DNA of 64,000 bases from an uncultured Nitrososphaerales archaeon (GCA_963713605.1 CAVQMO010000001.1:480001-544000); one strand, 5' to 3'. Positions 31,400 to 41,944 are shown, counted from the stretch's first letter. Notes: a model not told the origin generated them from the letters alone. A program made the numbers and translations.

Positions 31400-31631
31400 A
31401 TGGAGGCTGAGACCATTGTGGCGGAGATTGGTCAGAAATACAATAACATGACCGCTGAAGATTGTTACTGGATTTTTTGCAGGGGGATCAGAGAGGAGAT
31501 TCAAGAAAGTGACCATTTGGAGTCAAGGAATTGATAGCCTTTGGTTTAATGCAATCGTAGCTAGAGTCAAGGAGTTATCTGATCTGACCAAGATACCTAT
31601 CGTTTCAGGTGGTATAATGTATTGCATCTAG
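31400..31631 (+). CDS. Possible small hypothetical protein with one frameshift near 31453
   Basis: MEAETIVAEIGQKYNNMT joined to LKIVTGFFAGGSERRFKKVTIWSQGIDSLWFNAIVARVKELSDLTKIPIV.. Confidence 0.35.
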
Positions 31632-31753
31632 CTCCCTGATTAGAATCTTCTTCTAATCTGGCAAAAATGCATAGACGCAAATAAATCAGACCATATCAAA
31701 TGAGGATAGCAAATATATGGTTTGACATGTAGCATTTTTTACGAATAGTTGAT

Positions 31754-33176
31754 TTGGTTGAAGTTGTTGTAGCGAAATTCGGGGGAAGTACCCTTGGCGT
31801 GAATGGATCGTTACTTCCCTCAGTTATAGAGCGGATAAGGCAACTTAAGGAAGACGCTAAAATAGTTGCTATTTTTTCTGCACCCATGATTAAATACGAC
31901 GAGAAGAATGTTTCAATGACTGATATAGCAATAAGTAAAGGCAAGAGTTTTGCTTCTTCCCATCCAGTTGATTTACAATTACTTAGAAGTGTCTACGAGG
32001 ATTTGTCATCGAATTATCTTAACTCAACTTACAGACAAGAATTCGTGGATCTATTGAACTCTTTTTTTCAGGAAGTGATTGTATCCCTTAAACAAGCTGC
32101 AGAAAATAAGCGCTTTGTGGATGTGATTAGATCAAGGACATTGGCATACAGCGGCGAAATTCCTATGTCTTACCTAATGGATTATGTCTTAAAGAGCAGG
32201 GGCTTTAGATCTGCACATGTCAGCATTACACAATGGCCAATTGTCACGGATGACAATTTTGAAGGGGCAAACTTCAGCTTAGTAGATTCTAGAAGACGGG
32301 TTTCTTATTTAATAGATCTGATCGAAAATAACGAAGTTGTGACGATGGGAGGGTTCATCGGAAAGACGCCTGATGGGCTTGAAACTACATATGAACGCGG
32401 CGGCTCTGATAGGACTGCTGCAGATATTGCCATACTTCTCAACGACAAATATGACGTCAGACTAGACTTCGAGAAGGATGGTGCCGTGCAAAGCGCCGAT
32501 CCTAAAGTAGTCAAGAACAAATTACATTACGTTACTCATTTATCTTATAATGAAGCAAGGTTGGCAGGTATGTTTGGAATGAAGATTCTGGACCCAGTGG
32601 CGATAAAGGAGATCGATGACAACGGTCTAGATATCCCTATAACAGTAACTGATATATCATATCCTTCACGCTTCACGATCATAAAGAGGAAATTGCCCAA
32701 TGATGGAGACGAGAATCTGATCAAGATCGTTACTGGTAAAAAAAACTGTGCTATTGTAAGAATGGATTCAATCTCTGCCTCACATTTATTAGCAATGCTT
32801 GAGAAGGTAAGAGATTATCACGAATTTGTGAAACTATCTCCATACAAAGTCGATGACCTTGAAATCTCAAGAATACTTTTTTTGGATGCGGAATTCATAA
32901 GAAGAAATGAGCGGTACTTTAGAGCTTACAGCTCCAAGGTAGACATAATATATCAAAGAGGTGTGGTTACAATGATAGGAGACAATATGTGGAAGAGCCC
33001 TCGAATTGCGTCTGTGGCAAGTAGTACCTGTAGGAGAGCATGGCATTAATATTCTCAATTTAGATGCTCAAGAAGAGACCTCTAGAATACTAATAGTTGT
33101 AGAAGATTCAGGGAACAGCGTTAATAGTGCAATCAGCGCTATACATTCGCAACGACCTAAGTTTCACGCAGAGTGA
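31754..33176 (+). CDS. lysC: Aspartate kinase, frameshift near 33027
   Basis: VAKFGGS, ERGGSDRTA, ADPKVV, LSYNEA; ACT tail GINILNLDAQEETSRI lies in the shifted frame. Confidence 0.93.
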
Positions 33177-33486
33177 TCAAATTAAACTAAATCCACAAAA
33201 CATTGCAACTATGCCTTGCAGGAACAAGAAAGTACTCATGGTCCAATATTGTCCATGCACTGATTTCAATGGTTTGTCCATTAAATCTTTGCTTTTGGCA
33301 GCAAGGTCGATCGTCAGGTACGGTACATGGGTCTTTTCTAAAATGAACTATGCTAAATGTAACGACTGAGGATGTACTCTGTCATGAATATAATCCAGCG
33401 TAACTCGGGGCCATGTCGAGCAGAACTCCAATCAGCAGGCGTGCAGCTTTATAACGGCTGATATAAGAATCGGAAGCTAATACAGA

Positions 33487-34099
33487 ATGCTAGGCCAATT
33501 CATAAACGACTTGAATCCGTTGCGATGGCTATCCAAATTTCAGCGAACATCGATCCCATATTTGTTGTTGATGTTCGGTTTCTATCACTCCTTAGGTATT
33601 ATTGTTGCCCTTGCTGGTACACTTTTGATACAAACAACTATTCCCGGTTATATCGAGCCCAATATTCCTCGGTATTTTGATTCAGTAATATTAGCTGGCC
33701 CTATAGAAGAGTCATTATTTTTTGGAATACCCTTGTACGGATTGGCAAATGGAAATGCGAGCACTAATCGGAGGATTGGTTTGGATTTTTCTGCATCTTA
33801 TTAATACTGAAGATTTATCTGTTTTGAGCCTTGCATATATCAATTGGTTATTCGTAATTCCCTCATTTTTTTTCAGTTTTCGGGTGTGGATTTCTGGTAA
33901 GGGCTGGTTCGCAGTGGTAACTCATTCCGTTTGGAATTGCTTGTTCTTTCTCGCCGGCTGCTATGCTGGGGAATATAAATGCATGTCGTATGAAAATCTA
34001 AGTGCACTACTGAGCGGCACTTTTCTCGCCGCGTTGCTAGTCCTAATTACCTATTGGCTATATCAGAGGAGAAATTACCTACTTGAAAAGAAGATATAG
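33487..34099 (+). CDS. CPBP/Abi (CAAX type II) intramembrane protease, frameshift near 33755
   Basis: AGPIEESLFFG, WIFLH, HSVWN motifs; several TM helices. Confidence 0.8.
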
Positions 34100-34254
34100 A
34101 ACACCATTTTCAGAGCTATTTATGCTATATCAGTCACATCATAACAAGTCTCGATATGGTGAATACTGAACTTGCAAGTATGGCCACGGATTCAATTATA
34201 TTCGAGCGTTACAGTCAAATATTAGTCCTGGTTTACTAATCCACACAGCTCGGA

Positions 34255-34384
34255 AGCCCGGTCGAGCACGTCGTAAACGTGCGCCGAATCTAGTGGCCAA
34301 ACTTACTTGAGGGCTAGGGATTTCAGGCTCTGGATCTACAAGAAAAGAAACCTGAGGACAGCAGTTCGAATCTGCTCCGGGCTA
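34255..34384 (+). tRNA. tRNA-Gln(CTG) with three introns: 34265..34288 (10/11), 34301..34317 (21/22), 34334..34349 (37/38)
   Basis: Spliced product AGCCCGG TC GTCT AGTGGCCAA GGAT T TCAGG CTCTGGA CCTGA GGAC AGCAG TTCGAAT CTGCT CCGGGCT A folds as a cloverleaf; each junction forms a BHB-type motif. Confidence 0.9.
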
Positions 34385-34393
34385 CTCTTCAAT

Positions 34394-35995
34394 TTACTGT
34401 GTTCTAGGACCCGCCTTAATGATTTCTATCGGCATATTGCCAAATCTCCCGAAGTTTTTGACGAATAGAGAAGCGAGTCTTTTAGCAGATTCCAAATACT
34501 TTTGTTTGTCAGACCATGTGTTGATAGGATCAAGAATATAATCTGGGACCCCAGGGCATGAGATCGGAATCTCCACATTGAATATTTCGTGTCGTCTATA
34601 AGAAACCTTTTCCAAATCACCATTGATTGCAGCTTTCACCATGGACCTAGTGTGTTGAAGGTTCATCCTACGTCCAACCCCATATGGTCCCCCTACCCAA
34701 CCTGTGTTTATCAAATAAACCTTTGAATTATGTTGGGCAATTCTTTTGCCAAGCATGTCCGCGTATACTCTTGGCTTCAACATCATGAACGGTGCGCCAA
34801 AACAATGAGAAAAGGTCTCTTGTGGTTCAGTGATGCCCCTTTCGGTGCCAGCCAACTTACTAGTGTACCCGGACATAAAGTGATACATAGCATGTTCCTT
34901 TGACAATCTTCCGATTGGAGGGAGTACCCCGAACGCATCTGCTGCTAGGAATATAATGACATCTGGATGGTTCCCTAAACTTGGCACAACGGCGTTTGGA
35001 ATGAATTCAATCGGATACGCAACCCGGGTGTTTTCTGTTAGAGACTCGTCATCAAAATTGGGTTCACGACTTTGGTCTAGGATAACATTCTCCATAACCG
35101 ATCCAAACCTTATTGCATTCCATATTTGTGGTTCCTTAGATCTTTGTAAGTTTATACATTTTGCGTAACAACCGCCTTCAAAGTTGAAGATACCATTCTT
35201 TGACCATCCATGTTCATCGTCTCCAATGAGACGTCTCTCTGGATCAGCTGAAAGTGTCGTTTTTCCAGTCCCTGACAAGCCAAAAAATAGGGCCGTCCTT
35301 CCATCACTACCTATGTTCGCGGAGCAATGCATAGGAAAAATATCTTTGAGAGGAAGCAGATAATTCATTGCAGAAAACATTGATTTTTTTATTTCTCCTG
35401 CATAGGACGTAGAGCCAATCAATACAAGGCGCTTCGTGAGATTGAGAATGATGAAGGTTTCACTTTTTGTTCTTTCTACTTCTGGGCGAGCTTGAAAATC
35501 AATTATAGAAAGAATAGTAAATGATGGATGATGAATTAGAAGTTCTGGTGGACTTGGGCGGATGAAAATCTGCATCGCAAACAGATTGTGCCATGCACTA
35601 TCTGTTATTGTCCTGATCGAAAGCCTACTCTCTTTCTCTGCTCCAATGAATCCATCGAACACAAAAGCTTCCTTTCCTTCTAGGGATCTTTTCATCCTAT
35701 CGAATATTCGATCAAATATCTCAGGAGACAATGGGTGATTTATCTTTCCCCAATCAACTGAATCATGTGTCAAGTCATCATCCACAATATATCTGTCATC
35801 AGGAGATCGGCCCGTAAACTTGCCGGTTCTGACCGAAAGAGCCCCGGTTGTAGAGAGTTTCCCTTCACGCCTATGAATAGCAGCTTCAATCAATGATGGA
35901 GGGGGTAGGTTTCTGTGCAGCTTAGAAAAATTGAAACCCGCCTCTTGTAGTTGAACAGAACATCTAAGGTCCGATGCTAATAAGCTGTCATTCAT
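34394..35995 (-). CDS. pckA: PEP carboxykinase (ATP)
   Basis: TGRSPDD, YAGEIKK, GLSGTGKTTLS, LIGDDEHGW, NFEGGCYAK. Confidence 0.97.
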   Translation of the reverse strand: MNDSLLASDLRCSVQLQEAGFNFSKLHRNLPPPSLIEAAIHRREGKLSTTGALSVRTGKFTGRSPDDRYIVDDDLTHDSVDWGKINHPLSPEIFDRIFDRMKRSLEGKEAFVFDGFIGAEKESRLSIRTITDSAWHNLFAMQIFIRPSPPELLIHHPSFTILSIIDFQARPEVERTKSETFIILNLTKRLVLIGSTSYAGEIKKSMFSAMNYLLPLKDIFPMHCSANIGSDGRTALFFGLSGTGKTTLSADPERRLIGDDEHGWSKNGIFNFEGGCYAKCINLQRSKEPQIWNAIRFGSVMENVILDQSREPNFDDESLTENTRVAYPIEFIPNAVVPSLGNHPDVIIFLAADAFGVLPPIGRLSKEHAMYHFMSGYTSKLAGTERGITEPQETFSHCFGAPFMMLKPRVYADMLGKRIAQHNSKVYLINTGWVGGPYGVGRRMNLQHTRSMVKAAINGDLEKVSYRRHEIFNVEIPISCPGVPDYILDPINTWSDKQKYLESAKRLASLFVKNFGRFGNMPIEIIKAGPRTQ

Positions 35996-36158
35996 CGATT
36001 CGTTTTATGCGAGTTTTTGCATATTTATTTGATTTCCTCAATTTGCGGGGTTAGAATCTACCAAATAAGAAAAAAGACCGGAAAGAGCAGAGTTATGGTG
36101 GAGGTTCTTGGCAGGACCGTGAAGACCTGGTCCACACAAGAATGATTATTTATAGGAT

Positions 36159-36599
36159 TTGTCAGATCATTTAATCGTGTCCGATTACTATGACGTACTG
36201 AACCTGCATCAATCGGCATCTCGCGAAGATATTAAACGATCCTTTAGGCAGCTGGCGCTAAAGCATCATCCAGATAAAAATAGAAACTCTGAAGACTCCA
36301 AAAAGAAGTTCATGGAAATTGTGGAAGCATACGAAATTCTATCAGATGACCAATCAAGGAAAGAATACGATCGGACTTACAAGTATGAGGGGTTCAGCGT
36401 AAATCGAGAATGGACTCCTCCTGCTGATTGGCAGCAGGTCTATAGCTATGAGCATCTGAAGAAGGAATACGATCGGTCCCACGTGGCGGGAGGTATGTGG
36501 GATATTAGCGACAGAGCTAGTGGAAGTTTATGGAAGGCTACATTATTCTTGTTTGTGGGCCTACTTGGGTTGGTTGCATTCATATTATGGATTAGATAA
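36159..36599 (+). CDS. J-domain protein with a C-terminal TM helix
   Basis: DYYDVL..HHPDKN..AYEILSD; hydrophobic C-terminus. Confidence 0.92.
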   Translation: MSDHLIVSDYYDVLNLHQSASREDIKRSFRQLALKHHPDKNRNSEDSKKKFMEIVEAYEILSDDQSRKEYDRTYKYEGFSVNREWTPPADWQQVYSYEHLKKEYDRSHVAGGMWDISDRASGSLWKATLFLFVGLLGLVAFILWIR

Positions 36600-36774
36600 G
36601 ATATGTTGCTAGAATCTGCAGGAGGTACTTTGTAAGTGCAGACATTTGCTACAAATTGGTTTTGGAGATTATATTTCCTCACACTTGGTATTTTATCCTC
36701 TTTTCGTGATTCCTTAACAAGCTCAGCCACAGAAGGAATAAAAGGGGACTTTAACAGAGTCATTTTGATCAAGA

Positions 36775-37071
36775 TTGAGAGTTGTTGCTGTAGGTAGTAG
36801 GGTCTTTGTTACCAGCTTTCAGTTGGCAGGCGTAGAAGGCATTAAGGCAAACTCTGCGGAAGATGTATTGAACGAGATCGCCAGGATTGGTAATGGCGAT
36901 GATGTAGGACTGATTCTTGTTAGTGATGACTTCGGGAAGCAGATTCGATACCAATTGACCGAATTGCGATCTAAAAAGCCTATTCCACTAGTCTTTGAGC
37001 TTCCATCACCAGGAAGCACTAAAGAAACAGTCGATTACCGAGCTCTACTCAAACAGATTCTTGGCGTATGA
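36775..37071 (+). CDS. atpF: A/V-type ATP synthase subunit F, standalone
   Basis: VVAVG..FQLAGV, DVGLILV, FELP. Confidence 0.9.
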   Translation: MRVVAVGSRVFVTSFQLAGVEGIKANSAEDVLNEIARIGNGDDVGLILVSDDFGKQIRYQLTELRSKKPIPLVFELPSPGSTKETVDYRALLKQILGV

Positions 37072-37093
37072 TAGGATTTTTAGACCTGCACGC

Positions 37094-37891
37094 TTACGTA
37101 CCTGTTTCAAAGCCTGGTTCTTTATTCTGGAGTGCTTTTCTTCCAAAAATGAGATAGGTTGTATGACCTATCATTCTCATCGCTGGCCGTGTTTTTCCTG
37201 CCCTGGCCTCGATGCTCCTTATCATCAACTCAGTGGAATCAACGGACACAAACCCGAACTCGGTTAGAGCCGAGGACATTTTTTCGAGTTGATTCATCGT
37301 AGGGCATATTGCAACGAGGGTTCCACTCGGTCTCAGGGATTCATATGTCTTCTCAATCATTGTCCAGGGGTCGCCAATATCAACGACAACTATATCTACC
37401 TCACCACAGTTTGCCTCTTGGAACTGGGTATGATCATGAAACGTTACAAAATCAGACAGGTTTGCCTTCTTGATGTTTTTCTTGGCGATAGCACTAAATT
37501 TTGGATTCACGTCAAACGTATAGACATGCCCAAACGGTCTAACTATACTTGCTAAGTAGGTCGTTAGTCCTCCGCTGCCTGTGCCAACTTCTATGACTTG
37601 TGAACCACTTGTGAGTCCACTCCGAATCCCGATATATGCTAGATCCTTGGGATATACAATTTGAGTTAGCCTTTCTGATTTCATCACGAAATCATACACC
37701 AATGGTTCTAGTAGAATGACTTTCTTTCCTTTAGAAGATAAGATAGGTGAACCAAAGTCAGAGCCTACTGCTTTTCCTATATCGAGCACTCCTAAGTGGG
37801 TGTGGAACTTCTTTCCAGCATTTGCCTCTACCAACCAAGTTTTTTGAGGAGAGTGGTAAAGAAGTACTTACAATCCTTCTTGAATAATCAT
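37094..37891 (-). CDS. trmI: tRNA (adenine-N1)-methyltransferase; in-frame TAA at codon 8 (37868-37870)
   Basis: TQIVYPKD, EVGTGSG, DIGDPW, RPAMRMIGHT; upstream ATG 37891 is in frame. Confidence 0.9.
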
Positions 37892-38318
37892 GGATTAACC
37901 ATCATGTACCGATGATAAAAATTAATCCCATACTCTGAACTAAGCTACCAGCCTGCTAACCAGTGGGGACAAGTACTAATATGCATTGAAATTATTTGAA
38001 TTGCATCTTGGCGTTGTTATATGTATAAGGAAAAGTCCGATTCACGAATTACCTATTTCGGTTCGCGCATTAACGTACTAATGCAACCATACATTCAATT
38101 ACATTGACTGCTTAGTCAACTCGGAAAAATATTTCATAATTAAGCGCCATTTATTGATACCACTTTCTTTAGATCCTCAAGGGGGCTCGAAATGAGTTTA
38201 GTCCATAGTCGTCCGTTCGCTCGGTCCCCGCTTTTTGAATTGGTTGAAACTAGGTTAATTTAAATTTGAGAGGCATTGAAGAGGAAAAGTCCATAATATT
38301 TGGCTTGATATTTAGAAC

Positions 38319-39029
38319 ATGATCTCAGCGAAGGCAGTTTGCATACTTAGTGGTGGACTAGATTCCGTTGTCTCGGCATTCTATGTTAAGCAAGTTTGGA
38401 ATCTAGTGCCATATACGATTACTTTCCACTATGGTCAAAGGTCGACAGAGGAAGAGATGAAGAGAGCACGGTTTTTTGCTACAATGTTGGGGTCTGGAGC
38501 TCATAAGGAAATTGATATAGGCTTCATGAAAGATCTCTACGGCAACGATAACACGCTGACTGGGGAGAATACCATTATTCCGGAAAAATTTCACCAGTCC
38601 ATAGTTGTTCCACACAGAAACTCAATTTTTTTGACGATAGGCTCAGCGTGGGCTGCTAGCCTAAAGATTGGTGTTTTAGTGTATGGAGCACATGCTGACG
38701 ACCAGAATTATCCTGATTGCCGACCAAAGTTCGTAAGCTCTCTTGAAAACATGTTAAATGAATCTGATCTTGACGCTATCAACCTCGGTTTACGAAAGCG
38801 GATCGAAATCTGGTGTCCAGCAAAAGAGAATATCCACAAGAATGAGCTGGTCAAGATAGGGTACGATCTTCTGGGTGATAAGATATTCTATACGTGGAGC
38901 TGTTATTCAGATGCATCACGTAATAGTCTAAGTAAGCCAGTGCACTGTGGGGCGTGCGAATCATGTATCAACAGAAAAACTAGTTTTAGCGAAGCAAATA
39001 TTGCAGATAAAACAGAATATGCTACTTGA
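38319..39029 (+). CDS. queC: 7-cyano-7-deazaguanine synthase
   Basis: SGGLDS, YGQR, VPHRN, YPDCR, TWSCY..CGACESC. Confidence 0.96.
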   Translation: MISAKAVCILSGGLDSVVSAFYVKQVWNLVPYTITFHYGQRSTEEEMKRARFFATMLGSGAHKEIDIGFMKDLYGNDNTLTGENTIIPEKFHQSIVVPHRNSIFLTIGSAWAASLKIGVLVYGAHADDQNYPDCRPKFVSSLENMLNESDLDAINLGLRKRIEIWCPAKENIHKNELVKIGYDLLGDKIFYTWSCYSDASRNSLSKPVHCGACESCINRKTSFSEANIADKTEYAT

Positions 39030-39098
39030 CTAGTCCTCTTAACTAGTATATCCCAATTGTATCGACAGTAAGAATAATATCTGAACAAATGTGTACTT

Positions 39099-39713
39099 GT
39101 GATGGAGTCCCATAGTAAGATATTGTTACAGGAAAAGGAGAAGGGTAGAACCCTAAACAAGAAGAAGATTGAAAAGATTCTGAGAAAACTGTTGATAGAA
39201 TTGGGTGAAAATCCTGACAGAGAAGGCCTAATCGGAACGCCAAGAAGGATGGCAGAGGCATTTGAGGAGATATTTGCCGGTTACACAATGAGTTCCGGAC
39301 TCGATGTGAGTTTCTCGGAGGAAACCGATGCTATAATTGCCAAAGATATTCAATTTTATAGTATGTGTGAGCATCATATGCTCCCCTTTTATGGCAAGGT
39401 TCACATTGCATATTTACCTGAAGGCAAGGTATTTGGCATATCCAAATTAACCCGTCTCGTAGAAAAGTATTCGCGTAGGATGCAAATACAGGAGAGGTTA
39501 ACAAAGCAGATAGCTGATGAAATAACCAAAATGGGGGTTAGAGGGGTCGTCGTCATAGCTGAAGGCGAGCACTTGTGCATGAAAATGAGAGGAGTCAGAA
39601 ATCACAGCCTTGTCGTCACAATGGCACACCGAGGTTTAATGGAACAAAAAGAGCTAAGAGAAAATATTCTTACTCTCATTTCTAATTCAAAGCCAGGTTT
39701 AAGATCTTTCTAA
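39099..39713 (+). CDS. folE: GTP cyclohydrolase I (type IA)
   Basis: REGLIGTPRR, SMCEHH, QIQERLT, HLCMKMRG. Confidence 0.96.
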   Translation: MMESHSKILLQEKEKGRTLNKKKIEKILRKLLIELGENPDREGLIGTPRRMAEAFEEIFAGYTMSSGLDVSFSEETDAIIAKDIQFYSMCEHHMLPFYGKVHIAYLPEGKVFGISKLTRLVEKYSRRMQIQERLTKQIADEITKMGVRGVVVIAEGEHLCMKMRGVRNHSLVVTMAHRGLMEQKELRENILTLISNSKPGLRSF

Positions 39714-39788
39714 ACATGAAAGGACATCGGCTTTTTCCCAATATTCACAAAGGCTTATAAAAAAGAGTATTTTCTATAGGTAAGAAGA

Positions 39789-40058
39789 ATGGCAGGCACT
39801 ATTTTTCGAGTCCAATCTCACAAGTTCAGCCAGGATAATATTCAAACTACTTTGGTTTGTTCTAAATGCGACCAAGTTTTCTCGAAGGATTTCCTACTAG
39901 ACTTGGAAGGTCAGACAATTGAATTCAAATGTCCTGTCTGTGGTACAGCTGGTGAAACTGATCTGCCATATAAGAGTGCGGAAGAGAGAGAAGAGCTTGA
40001 TGAAGACATTGAGGACGTTGAAGAAGAAGGCGAGGAAGAATTTGAAGAAGAATATTAG
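39789..40058 (+). CDS. Small Zn-ribbon protein with a highly acidic tail
   Basis: CSKC..CPVC; C-terminal E/D-rich run. Confidence 0.8.
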   Translation: MAGTIFRVQSHKFSQDNIQTTLVCSKCDQVFSKDFLLDLEGQTIEFKCPVCGTAGETDLPYKSAEEREELDEDIEDVEEEGEEEFEEEY

Positions 40059-40142
40059 AACGCGAAAATGCGATCATATCCTTTTAGTTCGTTGATACCA
40101 TGGAGTTTAAGAATTTCTCGGCCCTAGAGATTACATCCTACC

Positions 40143-41090
40143 ATGGCCGGGTGGATTAGCCAGTTTAGGGAAGATGTATATTCTCAAGTAAGATATCTTC
40201 AAGGACTCCGGCTTCCAAAATCCACGAGTACTAGGTGCGGGCTATTTGTTGGTTCAGGCGACTCGTATGCCTGTGCTCTTCTAATGGAATATCTATCTAA
40301 GCATAAAATGCTTGCCTATCATCCTTCAGATATACTCCATTGTCCACAAATCCTATCGGATCATGAAATATTCTTCATATCCGCGTCTGGCAGAACTCGT
40401 TCAAACATTGAGGCTGCTAGAATAGCTCGTAAATTTGAGATTAAAACTACTGCTGTTACTGTCCGTTCTAAAAGTGCTCTACAAGAGGTATGTAGTAAAA
40501 CACTCAATCTGGATTACTTGCATATTCCGCAATCGTCGAGCACTGGTATCTTGGAATTCACAGCTACGGTAATAATCTGTATGGCGTTGATAGGAATTAA
40601 CATGAACTTGAACATCTTGGGCAAAATAATGAGTGATGCTCGTGAAAAGGTCAATCTGCATGGTGTCAACCTGCCAACAAAATTCAAATCAATCCTATTT
40701 CTGGGAGACGACATTTCATATCCACTAGCGAGATATGGGGCACTCAAAATGCACGAGCTTTTTGGATTAAGGTCGTTCGGATATCTACTTGATGATTACT
40801 ATCATTCACCTATTTTCAGCTTGAAGAAGCCAGACTGTGTTTTCGTTCTTGACCACGAAACGAAGAAAAACTCATTGACTGCGGAATTTCATAAAAAATT
40901 AAAAAAGGTCCACGCTCGCTCCTATTATTTTCAGCCACATGTAGGTCGATCTCTTTTTGAACGGATACTATTTTCTATATTCGCCATTCAAATCCTTGGC
41001 CTTACTATGGCAGAAAAAATGGAAGTAGGCAAACCCTATTATCTGTCAAAAGAAAATATACTCAAATTTAGTTCGAATCTAATTTACTGA
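40143..41090 (+). CDS. SIS-domain sugar isomerase family protein
   Basis: FVGSGDSY, ISASGRT, ALKMHE, YYHSP. Confidence 0.85.
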   Translation: MAGWISQFREDVYSQVRYLQGLRLPKSTSTRCGLFVGSGDSYACALLMEYLSKHKMLAYHPSDILHCPQILSDHEIFFISASGRTRSNIEAARIARKFEIKTTAVTVRSKSALQEVCSKTLNLDYLHIPQSSSTGILEFTATVIICMALIGINMNLNILGKIMSDAREKVNLHGVNLPTKFKSILFLGDDISYPLARYGALKMHELFGLRSFGYLLDDYYHSPIFSLKKPDCVFVLDHETKKNSLTAEFHKKLKKVHARSYYFQPHVGRSLFERILFSIFAIQILGLTMAEKMEVGKPYYLSKENILKFSSNLIY

Positions 41091-41344
41091 TCCTGAGAAT
41101 CCTGTGGATCATTGTTATTACGGCTAATTCTACTCGGGCCATGAAGTGGAGAGGAAGAATATATAGTTCAACTGAATGATCAATCGCCTCTGACTAGTTA
41201 TTCTCAAAGTGATCTACTCTAATAAGTAATTTGACTAATTCACCTTCAGTTCCGAAAACAATGTTTATGTTCATGCCAGCATTATGCATCTAATAACCTG
41301 GTAAATGATTCAGCCAAAATTTCATGAAAGGTTAATGTAAACAG

Positions 41345-41367
41345 TATATATAGTTCTCCTTTATAAA
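41345..41367 (+). promoter_or_regulatory. tbp promoter with TATATATA (41345-41352) and a second TTTATAAA (41360-41367)
   Basis: First box ends 28 nt before ATG 41381, the spacing of a leaderless transcript. Confidence 0.55.
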
Positions 41368-41380
41368 GGCTGAATAGGGT

Positions 41381-41944
41381 ATGCCTCAGACTAAACCAAT
41401 AGTTAGCATAGAAAATGTAGTAGCGTCAGCCACGGTTAGCCAAACAGTAAATCTCAATTTGATTACCCAGATTTTTCCAGACGTGGAATATCATCCTGAT
41501 CAGTTCCCAGGGTTAGTTTTTAGACTGAAATCACCAAAGACTGCCACTCTGATCTTTAGTTCAGGAAAGATGGTATGTACCGGAGCTAAATCTGAAGACC
41601 AAGCCATTAAAGCAGTAAAAAATGTAGTCCAAAAATTGAAAAAAGGAGGCATTTCTATCGAGCATGAACCGATTATTGAAATACAGAATATCGTTGCTTC
41701 GGCAAGCTTGGGTGGAAAAATTCATCTCGAGCTCGCGGCCAGAGTACTCCCCCGGAGCATGTATGAGCCTGAACAATTTCCAGGGCTCATTCATCGAATG
41801 CTAGATCCTAAGACCGTGATTTTATTATTCGCTTCCGGAAAACTAGTTTGCACTGGAGCAAAGAAAGAAACTGAAGTATATAGAGCTGTGCATAATCTCC
41901 ACAATCTCTTGGAAGAAAAGAATCTGATGATTTATGAAGGTTGA
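41381..41944 (+). CDS. tbp: TATA-box binding protein
   Basis: Two repeats of NVVAS..YxPxQFPGL..IFSSGKMVCTGAK. Confidence 0.98.
   Translation: MPQTKPIVSIENVVASATVSQTVNLNLITQIFPDVEYHPDQFPGLVFRLKSPKTATLIFSSGKMVCTGAKSEDQAIKAVKNVVQKLKKGGISIEHEPIIEIQNIVASASLGGKIHLELAARVLPRSMYEPEQFPGLIHRMLDPKTVILLFASGKLVCTGAKKETEVYRAVHNLHNLLEEKNLMIYEG

Noticed and set aside
33127..33369. 80-aa ORF after lysC
   Set aside because: Overlaps the true lysC C-terminus in another frame and has no motif
36095..36135. Imperfect hairpin between pckA and the J-domain gene
   Set aside because: Bulged and probably upstream of both TSSs; too weak to call
38181..38236. preQ1 riboswitch
   Set aside because: Lacks the preQ1-I stem/loop and A-rich tail; kept only as an unidentified structured element
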